Shown: positions 21,468-31,477 of the stretch, in pieces | How positions within the stretch are numbered: position 1 is the first letter of the stretch | Layout: every line of letters starts with the position of its first letter | DNA from: an uncultured Acidimicrobiales bacterium | GTDB lineage: Bacteria; Actinomycetota; Acidimicrobiia; Acidimicrobiales; SHLQ01 | Reading direction: 5' to 3' | Assembly: GCA_937922235.1 (NCBI GenBank) | Contig: CAKZVC010000073.1 | Coordinates: 6,355 to 70,354 of the forward strand | Length of the DNA: 64,000 nucleotides | Program-made: the position numbers and the translations under genes | The notes under the pieces: model-generated | What the model was told of the DNA's origin: nothing | Databases searched by the model: none | What the model saw: the letters and a program-made list of their open reading frames with translations, nothing else

Positions 21468-21688
21468 GTCAGGCCTCTGCTACGAGTTGCGAAATGCGCA
21501 CAGTAATTCTGACGGTAGGCGCAAACCGGATGGGTTTCGGACCCAGAGTCCGAATCAACCCCACATTTAGTAACGAGATCTCTTTCAAAGACACTCTTTG
21601 CCTAAAACGCAGCGAGCTCGATCTTCTTCGGTGACCAAAAGAGTGCGATGGCGCCGGGCAACGACTCGCGGCAATACAGTGTCCCCTC

Positions 21689-22858
21689 ATGTCGATCGAC
21701 ATCACCGCAGCGGTGAATCTGCATCGTGAGGGACGTGCCGCAACGCCGTCGCTCATTAGTGCCTGGCGCGCCATCAACGCCGTGGCAGCAGCTGGGTACA
21801 GCGGGCACCTCATGATCGTGCTCGATCGCCCTGACGACGAGACAGCACTGCTCGCAAAGACCTGGCACGAACGTGGAGCACAACTCGTGGCATGCGATGA
21901 AGGCGACCTCGGGTCGGCCCGCAACGCGGCTGTTGCGGCGTCAGATGCCGAGTGGGTCGCCTTTCTCGACGCGGATGACTTGTGGAGCGAAAACTGGCTT
22001 GTGAACGCGCTGAAGGTCGCTGGAGGAATTTCAACGAGCAACGGCCCCGATGTGCTTCACCCCGCGGTCAACGTCATTTTCGGTGACCACCACTCTTTGC
22101 TCCACCATCGATCGTCTGACGACCCTTCGTTCTCCTGGGCCCGCTTTCGACTTCACAACGCGTGGACTGCCTTGAGCTTTGCTCGCCGTCGTGACCTCGC
22201 TCAACTCCCGTTTCCGCGGAACACCCTCGACGAGGGGTTTGGCTACGAGGATTGGAGCTGGAACATGGCCGTGCTCGATCGAGGAGGTCGACACCATGTC
22301 GTGGCGGACACGTGCCACTTCATTCGTCGAATGGACGAGCCGTCACTGCTGAGCAACTCTCGAAACGCACTGCGCTCCCCGTACCTCCACGACGACGAAG
22401 TGTTGCCTCGCCCACAGGCGGCAGTCGTGAGCGATCTGACCGAGACCGACGACGGCCTACCGTCGACGCATCGTCAAGAACCCCACGGTCTGTCGGCCGA
22501 GCTGCTCGACCAAGTGAGGCTCGCCGTAGGGATTGAACCTGCGATTGCACAGACACTGACCGAAGCCGGGCGACCGCACTCGCTTCCACAGAACTTCAAC
22601 ACCCACGTCACGCCAGCACAGCGCGCGCTCGAATCAGTCGAGCTTGCATGCGCGGACTCGACCATCGCTTCGATCAGTGAGGCGATGGATGCGTCGAACG
22701 AGCTGCGTGAACTCGACCCGGACGACCAGCACCGGGTCGTGGCTGAGGTACTGCGTTCTGCCCACGCTGCCCGGTTGCCCCTTGGGACCTCGGCGATGAT
22801 CGATTCCACGTACCGCACCTACCCTCAACTCACGAGCCTCGCTCCTGTACGGGATTAG
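21689..22858 (+). CDS. Glycosyltransferase family 2-like protein with extra C-terminal domain
   Basis: 389 aa. GDLGSARNAAVAASDAEWVAFLDADDLW (GT-A DxD region). Confidence 0.6.
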   Translation: MSIDITAAVNLHREGRAATPSLISAWRAINAVAAAGYSGHLMIVLDRPDDETALLAKTWHERGAQLVACDEGDLGSARNAAVAASDAEWVAFLDADDLWSENWLVNALKVAGGISTSNGPDVLHPAVNVIFGDHHSLLHHRSSDDPSFSWARFRLHNAWTALSFARRRDLAQLPFPRNTLDEGFGYEDWSWNMAVLDRGGRHHVVADTCHFIRRMDEPSLLSNSRNALRSPYLHDDEVLPRPQAAVVSDLTETDDGLPSTHRQEPHGLSAELLDQVRLAVGIEPAIAQTLTEAGRPHSLPQNFNTHVTPAQRALESVELACADSTIASISEAMDASNELRELDPDDQHRVVAEVLRSAHAARLPLGTSAMIDSTYRTYPQLTSLAPVRD

Positions 22859-22880
22859 CGCCCGGGGTTAGGTTGTGCCG

Positions 22881-23630
22881 ATGAGCAATAGACAAGTCCT
22901 GATCACCGGCGTGTGCGGCGGGATCGGTAGGGCCACGGCCAAGGCGTTTTCTGCCAACGGCTGGTCGGTCATCGGGGCAGACCGCTCCGAGCCTGATGAC
23001 GACGTAGCGGTGGACCGTTTCGAACTCGTCGACGTGTCACAAAGCGAACAGGTCCACAGCCTTTTCGACCGGCTGCGAACCGACATCGACGGGCTGCACG
23101 CGCTCGTGAATAACGCCGCAACGCAGGTCAACAAACCGATCGTTGAAACCTCTGACGAGGACTGGGAACTCATCATCAACACGAACGTTCGCTCGGCGTT
23201 TCAGTGCATCAGAGAAGCCCACTCGCTTCTCAAACCAGTCCGCGGTGCAGTCGTGAACGTTGCCTCCGTCCACGCGATTGCGACGTCAATGAACGTTGCC
23301 GTGTACGCGATCTCCAAGGGCGCCCTCGTTGCGCTCACTCGGTCAGCGGCCCTCGAACTCGCTGACGACGGTATCAGATGCAATGCAGTCCTTCCGGGTG
23401 CAATCGACACCAAGATGCTTCGTGAGGGACTCGATCGCCGACCGAACCCAGATGGGGCCGAGGGCAACCTGCGAATTCTCGCGCAGCGAACTCCGCTCGG
23501 ATTCGTCGCCAGTGCCGCAGACATTGCGCCGAGCATCATCCACCTCGCCGACAATGACCAGTCGAAGTACACGACCGGACAGATGCTTGTGCTCGACGGC
23601 GGCGCCACCATTCGATTGTCAACGGAGTAG
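22881..23630 (+). CDS. SDR-family oxidoreductase
   Basis: VLITGVCGGIGRATA (TGxxxGxG), NNAA, and YAISKGAL (YxxxK). Confidence 0.88.
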   Translation: MSNRQVLITGVCGGIGRATAKAFSANGWSVIGADRSEPDDDVAVDRFELVDVSQSEQVHSLFDRLRTDIDGLHALVNNAATQVNKPIVETSDEDWELIINTNVRSAFQCIREAHSLLKPVRGAVVNVASVHAIATSMNVAVYAISKGALVALTRSAALELADDGIRCNAVLPGAIDTKMLREGLDRRPNPDGAEGNLRILAQRTPLGFVASAADIAPSIIHLADNDQSKYTTGQMLVLDGGATIRLSTE

Positions 23631-23633
23631 CAC

Positions 23634-24824
23634 GTGATCCCTACCGAAATTCTGCGTCGAGTTGGACGCAAGGCTCAGCAGATCCTGAAACCGACGGGCC
23701 CATCGGCACCTCCTCCAGCCAGCCCCTCTTCAAGCCCCACCCCAACGACCACCGGAGGAGCATCATCGACTCATGTGCCTCAGCACGCAGCGCCTCAGAC
23801 ACGACCGGCCATATTCGACTCGTACTCAGCACCTGGCGAGCTCACCTCTCTCGGTGTTCTACTCATGCCGCTTGCCGAGTACCACGGCCGCGAGCTCGGC
23901 GCCGTTGCTGACGCGCTTGTTTCTGCCGGCCATACGTGCACGTTTCTTGTTGAGGACACACTCGTTGAAGTTGTTGACAAACATCTCGGCGCTCACCCGC
24001 GGATTCTGGCCGACCGAAACTACGACCGCTTCGCCCTCGGCGAGTTCGACGCGTTCGTGGCCATGAACGACTGGGGTGATCCATCGCGAGCGATCTATCA
24101 CCTGGCGAGGGTCCGCGGTGTCCCGTCGTTTGCGAAGGTCGAAGGTGTGCAGGACTTCACCGACGTCGACACCGGCCGAATCCGCTTGCCGTATATGGCC
24201 GCAGATCACGTGCTCGTCCAGGGGTCGAACGACGTCGCGGCGCTCGACCGAAAGCGCCTGCATGTCGTTGGCAACGCAAACCTTGAGACCGCATGGACCG
24301 AAGGTCCTGCGTCGGTTGAGCGAAACGGCGAGGTCGTCATCAACTCAAACTTCACCTACGGCGTGCTCACCGACAAGCGAGACGCGTTCCTGGCTGAGTC
24401 GGTCGAGGCGATCCTGGCGGTCGGCCTCGAGCCGGTGATCTCCCAACATCCGGCCGACCGCGCCCTACCGGGCGAGTTCGTTCAGTACCGGACCGACCGA
24501 TCGATGTCATCGATGCTCCCCGCAGTGGAGGCACTGGTGACCCGGTTCAGTACCGTCCCGTTCGAGGCGATCGCTTACGGCACCCCGTTCGTCTACTTCA
24601 ACCCGCATCACGAGAAGGTTCCGACGTTTGCCGCCGCTGACCCGGCCTTCGATCACGTCCATACTGTCGAGGAACTGACGACCGCGTTGCAGTTCGCCGT
24701 TGAGAACCGGGCGTCCTACCGAACCGTCGCCGAGCCGTACTTTCGAGCGCAGATCGATATCGGAAATGAGCCGAGCGCGACTCGCTCGGCCAAGGCAATC
24801 GCCTCAGTTGTCTACCCCAGCTAG
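23634..24824 (+). CDS. Putative GT-B-like surface-polysaccharide glycosyltransferase with Pro/Ser/Thr-rich N-terminus
   Basis: 396-aa ORF starting 4 nt after the SDR stop. Low-complexity PSAPPPASPSSSPTPTTT region followed by an alpha/beta-looking domain containing ISQHPADR. Functional call is weak. Confidence 0.4.
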   Translation: MIPTEILRRVGRKAQQILKPTGPSAPPPASPSSSPTPTTTGGASSTHVPQHAAPQTRPAIFDSYSAPGELTSLGVLLMPLAEYHGRELGAVADALVSAGHTCTFLVEDTLVEVVDKHLGAHPRILADRNYDRFALGEFDAFVAMNDWGDPSRAIYHLARVRGVPSFAKVEGVQDFTDVDTGRIRLPYMAADHVLVQGSNDVAALDRKRLHVVGNANLETAWTEGPASVERNGEVVINSNFTYGVLTDKRDAFLAESVEAILAVGLEPVISQHPADRALPGEFVQYRTDRSMSSMLPAVEALVTRFSTVPFEAIAYGTPFVYFNPHHEKVPTFAAADPAFDHVHTVEELTTALQFAVENRASYRTVAEPYFRAQIDIGNEPSATRSAKAIASVVYPS

Positions 24825-24827
24825 TCG

Positions 24828-26408
24828 TTAGACGTCGCCGACGCTGCGGGCGATCGCATCGTCGAGTTCGGCTCTTGTACGAGGGTGATCACCGTCGACC
24901 GACGACGGAGCGAAGACCACGTGTGGGGCGAGCGCCTCGACCAAGCCGGCGTGTGATCCGACGGGCGACACGACGAGTGCCGACGCCCGAAGCGAATCAA
25001 CGCTCAACAATGTGCTTCGATACCCGCCGAGCTGAGAGCGCATAGTCGGGTCGCACATGAGCGTTGGTTCGTGGCCAGCTTCTGCCAGGGCATGCAGCGA
25101 TGTCGAGATCCACGCATCGAGTGCCGGATAGCCAGACAGCGATTCGGGCACGTAGACGATGGAACCGCGGCGAGCTGGTTGCTGCGGCCAGACGAGAGCG
25201 ACCCCTTTTTCGGTGAGGTCTGTCCGGGTTGCAAACCGTTGCTCAGTCGACGCCAGATCGATGATTGCCGTTCCGGGGAAGTCATCGAGCCGGAACGCCT
25301 GCACTCCTGCAAGTGCAAGCGGCCACGTCACGGTCCAGTCGAGCGGATCGACCGCAGCGATCGCGGCGGTCGACATCTCACGCGTGATGGCGAGGGCATC
25401 GAGACAGTCGCGAACGCTATGAACGAGAACGAGCGACGTCGGGGCATCGAAGGCCTGGTTCGTCCAGAACGTCGGCGACCGCTCCAGAGCGCCCGAATCG
25501 GGGTTCGTCATGAAGTCGTCGAGCCCCGCCAGCTGGTCCTGCGACTCGAGCTGTTCGGATGCATGCACGGCGTTCGCACCTGCTGCACCGCCAAAGCTCC
25601 CCAAGACCGACGGCACGTTCCACGACATCCGTCCGAACGAGTATGGCGTTCGCCCCTCTAACCATGCCTCCATCGCGCCACCGTCGGCCAACGGAACGTC
25701 GGCGTCCGTCATCCACCGATTGATAATGTCGACGTGCTCGGCCATGACCACCACGCCGTCGCCACGAAGCATCGAGTTCGGCCGCTGTCGATAGGTGGCC
25801 ACCACATGGTGCACCGGCACAAAGATGCCTCCAGCAGCGATGATCTTTGCCCACATCGCAAAGTCCTCGAGCATGGGCAATCCCTCGGGGAACCCGCCCG
25901 CTGCAATCACCGCATCCCGTCGCACGATCGGCGCAGAACAAATGAACGCGTTCTCACCGGTGTAGCTCTCGGCGTGCACAAGGGGCATCGCGGTTCGAGC
26001 AGCACGGACCTTTGGATAATCGACGAACTCCGACACGTGCTGCCAGTCGCCGTACACCCCAACCACATGCTCGCCATGTTCAGCGACCGCTGCTGGAAGC
26101 GCTTCGATGCGCGAGCTCAGCGACCGGTCGAGAAGGTAGTCATCGGAGTCGAGGAAGCAGAGGTACTCGCCGGTCGCCGCGGACACCCCGATGTTGCGAG
26201 CCGCGCCGAGGCCACCGTTGTGTTCGCATTCGATTACTTTCACCTGATCGTCGTCAAACGACAGAGCCACTCCAAGGGACGCATCACGTGATCGGTCCTC
26301 GACCACGATGACCTCGATGTCGGTGTGGTCTTGTTCGAGGCAGCTCTCGATTGCACGCCCGAGGAACTGGGGCTGCCGGTAGCTGGGAATGATGATGCTG
26401 ATCTTCAT
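24828..26408 (-). CDS. Glycosyltransferase family 2 with large C-terminal domain
   Basis: MKISIIIPSYRQPQFLGRAIESCLEQ..., VVEDRSRD, LGAARNIGV, CFLDSDDYLL. Confidence 0.8.
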   Translation of the reverse strand: MKISIIIPSYRQPQFLGRAIESCLEQDHTDIEVIVVEDRSRDASLGVALSFDDDQVKVIECEHNGGLGAARNIGVSAATGEYLCFLDSDDYLLDRSLSSRIEALPAAVAEHGEHVVGVYGDWQHVSEFVDYPKVRAARTAMPLVHAESYTGENAFICSAPIVRRDAVIAAGGFPEGLPMLEDFAMWAKIIAAGGIFVPVHHVVATYRQRPNSMLRGDGVVVMAEHVDIINRWMTDADVPLADGGAMEAWLEGRTPYSFGRMSWNVPSVLGSFGGAAGANAVHASEQLESQDQLAGLDDFMTNPDSGALERSPTFWTNQAFDAPTSLVLVHSVRDCLDALAITREMSTAAIAAVDPLDWTVTWPLALAGVQAFRLDDFPGTAIIDLASTEQRFATRTDLTEKGVALVWPQQPARRGSIVYVPESLSGYPALDAWISTSLHALAEAGHEPTLMCDPTMRSQLGGYRSTLLSVDSLRASALVVSPVGSHAGLVEALAPHVVFAPSSVDGDHPRTRAELDDAIARSVGDV

Positions 26409-27031
26409 TAGACGATCACCAACCGGGGGTAGCTTCTGACCCCGAGGTCATGCAGCCGACCGAGGGCGCGGGGCAATCGGTCGGTCGCACGTTCGTTGAA
26501 GTGCTCGTCTACGTATCGCTGACGATCGGCTCCCAACGTAAGCAACATTGCCGGGTCGATACAGAGTGAGAGGTCGATCGACCAGAGCAATGCCAAGTCG
26601 TCGTAGAGCTGTGCCGGGGCACCCCGATGAGACGAGACCTCCTCGAGTCCGATCTGCCGGATCAGAAATCGAGCCAGGACGTTCTCGTGACGAATTGTGT
26701 TTCGCCGCTCGATGAGGGCGTGGGGAAGCGAAACCATCGTGGACCCAACAGCAGAGATATCGGCACGCCCGACGGGCGCCAGAACTGCAGCGACCTCGCC
26801 ACCCAGGAGGCGATCAGCGAGCTCAACGTTGGCTATCTGTTCGCCATCGCGGTTTCTGGTAATGCTGGAATCTCCAAGAATCTGCTCGAGCGGCGACGCT
26901 ACCGAAACGAAGCAGAACCTTGGTGACTCGTCGACGTTGTTGAGGACGATCGCGCTTCGACACGCAACAACGTCACTCACCGCCTCGACCGACGTGGCGT
27001 GCTCCCATGATTGACAGATCGATTCGATCAT
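26408..27031 (-). CDS. Hypothetical protein (operon member)
   Basis: 207-aa ORF. ATGA overlap with the upstream GT4 gene and TAATG overlap with the downstream GT2 gene. No motif recognised. Confidence 0.45.
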   Translation of the reverse strand: MIESICQSWEHATSVEAVSDVVACRSAIVLNNVDESPRFCFVSVASPLEQILGDSSITRNRDGEQIANVELADRLLGGEVAAVLAPVGRADISAVGSTMVSLPHALIERRNTIRHENVLARFLIRQIGLEEVSSHRGAPAQLYDDLALLWSIDLSLCIDPAMLLTLGADRQRYVDEHFNERATDRLPRALGRLHDLGVRSYPRLVIV

Positions 27032-28323
27032 CGCTGACCCCCCGTCTGCACGTGTTGGAGAAGTTCAAGGAGTTTGGGCTGGTGCACTGAAACAGCGAAA
27101 CGCTCGAGTTGGCGGTTCCGTCGGTGCTGTCGGTCAGCCTCGGTCTCGGTGTGCACTTCGCCAAGCGCTTCGCTGATCCGGAGTCCGAGTTGTTCCGCTG
27201 GAAGGTCGAGCGCGAACAAGTCGCTCACGTCAGCAATCGTCTCCTCGGTACCCCCAACGTCAGACGCAAGACAACGAGTGCCACACAGGCCCGCCTCAAT
27301 CGGAACGGTCGGTAGATTGTCGATGCGCGACGGGTGAACGAGCAGGTCAGCTGCGCCATAAAGGGCAGGCATGAGGGATCGGTCGAGACCACTCAGGACG
27401 ATCCCATCGCCAGCAATATCAAGCTTGCCGATCGGTAAACTGTCAGGGGTGGCGAGCCGGTCTGCGACCGGTCCAGGCGCCAGTAGCGCAGCCGCCTGAC
27501 CCACTGCCACTGATCCTGATCCGCCAGCGACAAGGCGAAGCGGAGGCTCACCATCTGGACCAACACCGTGGCGCAGGGCCTGCTCAAAGGCGGCGAAGCC
27601 CTTCCGCTGCTGGGTTGGATTCCCGATGAACAGCACTATCGATCGATCGGTGGGCAGCCCCAAACGAGCTCGCGCTTCGGATCGGTCCTGCAGATCAAAC
27701 ATGGTCGTATCGACGGCGTTAGCAAGATGCGCAACCGGCAACGTTGGGAAAACTGATTTGGCCCGCTGTGCTAGCCACAAACTCGGGGCCACCAACGTCA
27801 GGTTCTTCGATCGACTCGGGACCTCAAAGAGATGGTCGTAGCGATGCTCAAGCACCGAGTCGGACCGACCTGGTTCGAACGTCCGCACGACAGGAGCCCC
27901 GAGCTCGGGCGCAAACGTGTAGTGCGCATCGGTGATGAACCACTCGTCGTGCATCGTGTGCACGACGGGAATGATTGCGCTCCAGTCAGCCAGGTCGAGC
28001 TGGCTGAGGACGCGGCCACAATTGTGCACGTACAACACGTCGGGAGCGAACGCCTCGACCTCGGCGGCAAGCCAGCGCCTGAAGGCAGCAACGAACGCCA
28101 CGTGATCGGTAGCGGTGACGCTTCCGTCGAGCGCCCGTTCGTCGTTTGTGAACGCCATTGCGGCGTGGTGCTTTCGACCGAGCTGTTCCGCTAGAGCCGA
28201 TTGCATTGCCCCAGCAAACACCCCAGCGTCGTGACCGGCGTTGGTCAACATGTCGGCAGCAAGCAGCGACATGATGCCAGCGCCGTTTGGACGCACCAGG
28301 TCGGAAAGAACAGCAACGCGCAT
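27028..28323 (-). CDS. Glycosyltransferase family 4 (GT-B)
   Basis: 431 aa. MRVAVLSD...NGAG N-domain and a C-domain with LLVHPSRIDNLPTVPIEAGLCGTRCLASDVGG (E(x7)E-like region). Confidence 0.8.
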   Translation of the reverse strand: MRVAVLSDLVRPNGAGIMSLLAADMLTNAGHDAGVFAGAMQSALAEQLGRKHHAAMAFTNDERALDGSVTATDHVAFVAAFRRWLAAEVEAFAPDVLYVHNCGRVLSQLDLADWSAIIPVVHTMHDEWFITDAHYTFAPELGAPVVRTFEPGRSDSVLEHRYDHLFEVPSRSKNLTLVAPSLWLAQRAKSVFPTLPVAHLANAVDTTMFDLQDRSEARARLGLPTDRSIVLFIGNPTQQRKGFAAFEQALRHGVGPDGEPPLRLVAGGSGSVAVGQAAALLAPGPVADRLATPDSLPIGKLDIAGDGIVLSGLDRSLMPALYGAADLLVHPSRIDNLPTVPIEAGLCGTRCLASDVGGTEETIADVSDLFALDLPAEQLGLRISEALGEVHTETEADRQHRRNRQLERFAVSVHQPKLLELLQHVQTGGQR

Positions 28324-28325
28324 TG

Positions 28326-29021
28326 CTAGGTCACCCGGTTACGAATCGAGCCCGCGACTCGCTTTGCGCCGCGAACGGCTCGACGAACTTGGTCGGCTGC
28401 TTCGGGAGCCCGGGCCGTATCGATCAACACGGGGATCGTTCGTCGACGGCCTCTTGCGCCGGTGACCTCGGTCGTTGGACCGCCAATGGTGACTAACGCC
28501 CGCGACAGGCTCGAGGGTTGAAGCTCGTGTGAGAGCGAATCCATTGTCTCTGCGTTCCTCGCCGAGATCACGAGGCGATGGGAGTCGTCGACCTTTGAGA
28601 TCTCGGCAACGACAACGATCGCTAACGAGGCACCGATCGGGCCGATGACTGGTTCGCGTTGCCCATCGTCGACAACCAGCTTTCCCTGTGGCGTTTCGCG
28701 AATGTCGACCCGCTGGCCGGCTTCGGCGAGATGCAGGGAGAACAGGGTCGAGTCGACCGATGATGGACGGGGGTCGCGTAGCACTTGGACTTGCAGTCGG
28801 GAGAGCGTTGCGAGGTTGAACCGGGTTGACGCTATCGGGATCGAGACGGGCGGACCGTTTTCGTACGGCCGGACGTTGCCCTGCTCAAGGTCAACCATTT
28901 GAGGGGTTGGCGTGTCGAGGATGACCAGTCGTTGGAGGCTTGGGGCGGGACGAAGCGACTCGACGGGGGCGAGCGGCCCAGCGGCCACTAGCGGGTCGAT
29001 TGCGCTCGGGCCGTCGATCAC
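28326..29021 (-). CDS. Hypothetical protein (operon member)
   Basis: ORF 28326..29054. GTG at 29021 forms a GTGA overlap with the sulfotransferase stop, so it is preferred as the start. No motif recognised. Confidence 0.45.
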   Translation of the reverse strand: MIDGPSAIDPLVAAGPLAPVESLRPAPSLQRLVILDTPTPQMVDLEQGNVRPYENGPPVSIPIASTRFNLATLSRLQVQVLRDPRPSSVDSTLFSLHLAEAGQRVDIRETPQGKLVVDDGQREPVIGPIGASLAIVVVAEISKVDDSHRLVISARNAETMDSLSHELQPSSLSRALVTIGGPTTEVTGARGRRRTIPVLIDTARAPEAADQVRRAVRGAKRVAGSIRNRVT

Positions 29022-29881
29022 GACAGACCGAGTGCGCCTGACAGGCGGGCGCACTCATCCCAGTCGACGTCGAGGCTTGCCAACAGCGCTTCGAGTTGGT
29101 CGCGGCCCGCACGCGCAGCTGAGTTGTGCCGATACGAACTTCCGGCGACGCTGCTGAGCACGGTATCGATCGCCTCTTGGCGCGCTGCTGGTTCGCCGAG
29201 CTCAGAGAAGAGTCGCTGTACCCGGTCAGATTCGGGCGTCAGGTCGCTGTACGCCACAATCGAGGAGCGGTCGGCGAACTCCGATTGCAGTGCAAGAAGG
29301 CCCTGGTAGCGAGCAATCCAACCGTTGCTGATGGTGGTGAGGCGCTTGTTTGCTTTCTCGCGGCCCTCGTCGGTAGAGAGATCGAAGTCGGTATTTCCAA
29401 AGGCGAAGAAGCGAGACATTGCGTAACCGGGCACATCACGGCCAAGCACGATGAGATGCGCCTGTGGGAAGAGCTGCATCAGGGCCCGGAGCTCGGTGTC
29501 GGTGTAACGGATTTCCTTGAAGCCCCACCGGATCGATTGGTTCAGCCCCTCGGTGAACAACCCGATCATCATCGACTGGATTGCGGAGGTGAGATGGTCG
29601 GGGCGAAAGGGTGAGACCCACGGCTTGAAGGTTTCCTTGTCCGATAGCTCGCCGATCACCATCTGACGATGCTCGTAGCCGTTGATGAGGTTCTGCGCTG
29701 CGTCCGGATGGTTCGCTGCGGTGTAACTCGCAAGGATTCCCGACAGGAACCCGGCGTGCTCACCCCAGATGGTGAGGTCCGGATGTACGTTCAGTACCCG
29801 CTGCAACAGTGTCGACCCCGATCGGCCCATGCTGGCGACGAAGATTGGGCGTTGCCACCGTTCAGAAACTTCAAGACTCAT
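29018..29881 (-). CDS. Sulfotransferase-family protein
   Basis: 287 aa. PAPS 5'-phosphosulfate-binding loop FVASMGRSGSTLLQRVL and a later VLGRDVPGYAMS (3'-phosphate-binding-like R...S). Confidence 0.8.
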   Translation of the reverse strand: MSLEVSERWQRPIFVASMGRSGSTLLQRVLNVHPDLTIWGEHAGFLSGILASYTAANHPDAAQNLINGYEHRQMVIGELSDKETFKPWVSPFRPDHLTSAIQSMMIGLFTEGLNQSIRWGFKEIRYTDTELRALMQLFPQAHLIVLGRDVPGYAMSRFFAFGNTDFDLSTDEGREKANKRLTTISNGWIARYQGLLALQSEFADRSSIVAYSDLTPESDRVQRLFSELGEPAARQEAIDTVLSSVAGSSYRHNSAARAGRDQLEALLASLDVDWDECARLSGALGLS

Positions 29882-29996
29882 GCGCCCGTCACACTAGCGC
29901 TTGCCTTTCCTACAGAGAGGTAGGATGAGGGTGCTCGTGTTTCGTGATTCTTGCCACTAGGCGTTCTTCATGGGGCCGACCTCACAGGAGGCCACC

Positions 29997-31463
29997 GTGT
30001 CATCTTCTTCTGCCAGCAACGGCAAAAAAACCTTCGCTTCTCTTGGCGTGCCCGACGATGTCGTCGAAGCGCTCGATGGGAACGGCATCACCGCGCCGTT
30101 CGATATTCAGGCAGCGACCATTCCCGACGCACTAGCGGGTCGGGACGTTTTGGGCCGTGCCCCCACGGGATCTGGCAAGACGCTCGCCTTCGGCATTCCG
30201 ATGGTTGTCCGGCTCAAGCGGGCGAAGCCGCACAAGCCAACCGGGCTGATCCTCTCCCCCACTCGCGAGCTCGCTGAGCAAATTCGCCGCGAGCTCGAAC
30301 CGCTCGCTGCGGTCCGGGGCCGAAGCGTGATGGCTGTCTACGGCGGCGTCGGATTCGGCAACCAGTTGAAGGGCCTGCGCAACGGCGTGGACATGTTGGT
30401 TGCGTGTCCGGGACGTTTGCTCGATCTGATCGAACAGGGCGAGGTGAAGCTGAGCGATGTCAGCTACGCCGTCATCGACGAAGCCGATCGCATGGCCGAC
30501 ATGGGGTTCCTTCCGGTCGTTAAGCGCATCCTCGACAAGACGAACACCGACCGTCAGACCGTGTTGTTCTCTGCGACCCTTGGCAAAGAGGTGAAGGTTC
30601 TCACCGACGCCTACCAGCACAAGCCAGTGACTCATGAGGTTGGTGAACGCGAACCCGACATGACCCGCATGACACATCGGTTCGTGCGTATCGAGCGTGC
30701 CGAGAAGGTTGCGCTTGCGGCGCACGAGATTCGGTCCCATGGCCAAACGATCGTCTTCTGTCGCACCCGTCATGGTTCTGATCGCGTTGCGAAGCAGCTA
30801 AAGCGCTATGGCGTGAAGACCGGCGTCATTCACGGCCGTCGCACGCAGAGCCAGCGAGACTCGGCACTCAAGGCCTTTGTCGAGGGCAAGACCCAGGCAC
30901 TTGTCGCAACCGATGTGGCCGCTCGCGGCATCCACGTTGACGGTGTCGATTGCGTTGTCCACTACGACCCACCTGAAGATGACAAGGCGTACACCCATCG
31001 TTCGGGTCGTACTGCTCGCGCTGGTGCATCCGGTGTGGTCGTCTCGCTCATTACGAACGAGGACCTGAAGGACACCAAGAAGCTGCAGCGTCAGATCAAG
31101 GTGAAGTGCGAGTTCGAAGATCCGACTCCCGCTGACAAGCTCGATCACGGCGACCCGATCATCCAGCCAAAGCAGGGCGGCGGCGGTGGCAAGAATGGTC
31201 AGCGCAGTGGTGGCCGCGGAAAGGGCCGGGGTAAGGGCAGCGGCCCGAAGAAGTCGACCGGCCGCAAGCGGTCAAGTCCGGGCGGCGGAGACGCCCGAAA
31301 GAACAGCGGCGGAGACGCCCGAAAGGGCGGAGGCGGCCGAAAGAAGTCCGGTGGCCAAAGCAGTGGAAAGTCTGGCGGAGGCCAGGGAGGCGGCCGCAGT
31401 CGCTCAGGCGGCGGCCGTTCCGGCGGCGGCAAGCAAGGCGGAGGCCAACGCCGCTCCCGCTAA
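29997..31463 (+). CDS. DEAD-box ATP-dependent RNA helicase with Gly/Arg/Lys-rich tail
   Basis: Q-motif FDIQ, APTGSGKTLAF, VIDEADRM, SAT, HRSGRTARAG. GTG at 29997 is preceded by AGGAGG (29986-29991). ATG at 29970 is an alternative start. Confidence 0.92.
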   Translation: MSSSSASNGKKTFASLGVPDDVVEALDGNGITAPFDIQAATIPDALAGRDVLGRAPTGSGKTLAFGIPMVVRLKRAKPHKPTGLILSPTRELAEQIRRELEPLAAVRGRSVMAVYGGVGFGNQLKGLRNGVDMLVACPGRLLDLIEQGEVKLSDVSYAVIDEADRMADMGFLPVVKRILDKTNTDRQTVLFSATLGKEVKVLTDAYQHKPVTHEVGEREPDMTRMTHRFVRIERAEKVALAAHEIRSHGQTIVFCRTRHGSDRVAKQLKRYGVKTGVIHGRRTQSQRDSALKAFVEGKTQALVATDVAARGIHVDGVDCVVHYDPPEDDKAYTHRSGRTARAGASGVVVSLITNEDLKDTKKLQRQIKVKCEFEDPTPADKLDHGDPIIQPKQGGGGGKNGQRSGGRGKGRGKGSGPKKSTGRKRSSPGGGDARKNSGGDARKGGGGRKKSGGQSSGKSGGGQGGGRSRSGGGRSGGGKQGGGQRRSR

Positions 31464-31477
31464 CCCGCCCAAAACGC

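Noticed and set aside
29901-29925. Possible sigma-70 promoter (TTGCCT ... TAGGAT) upstream of the DEAD-box helicase.
   Set aside because: The spacer between the two hexamers is only about 14 nt by my count, outside the usual 16-18 nt, so it is not reported as a feature.
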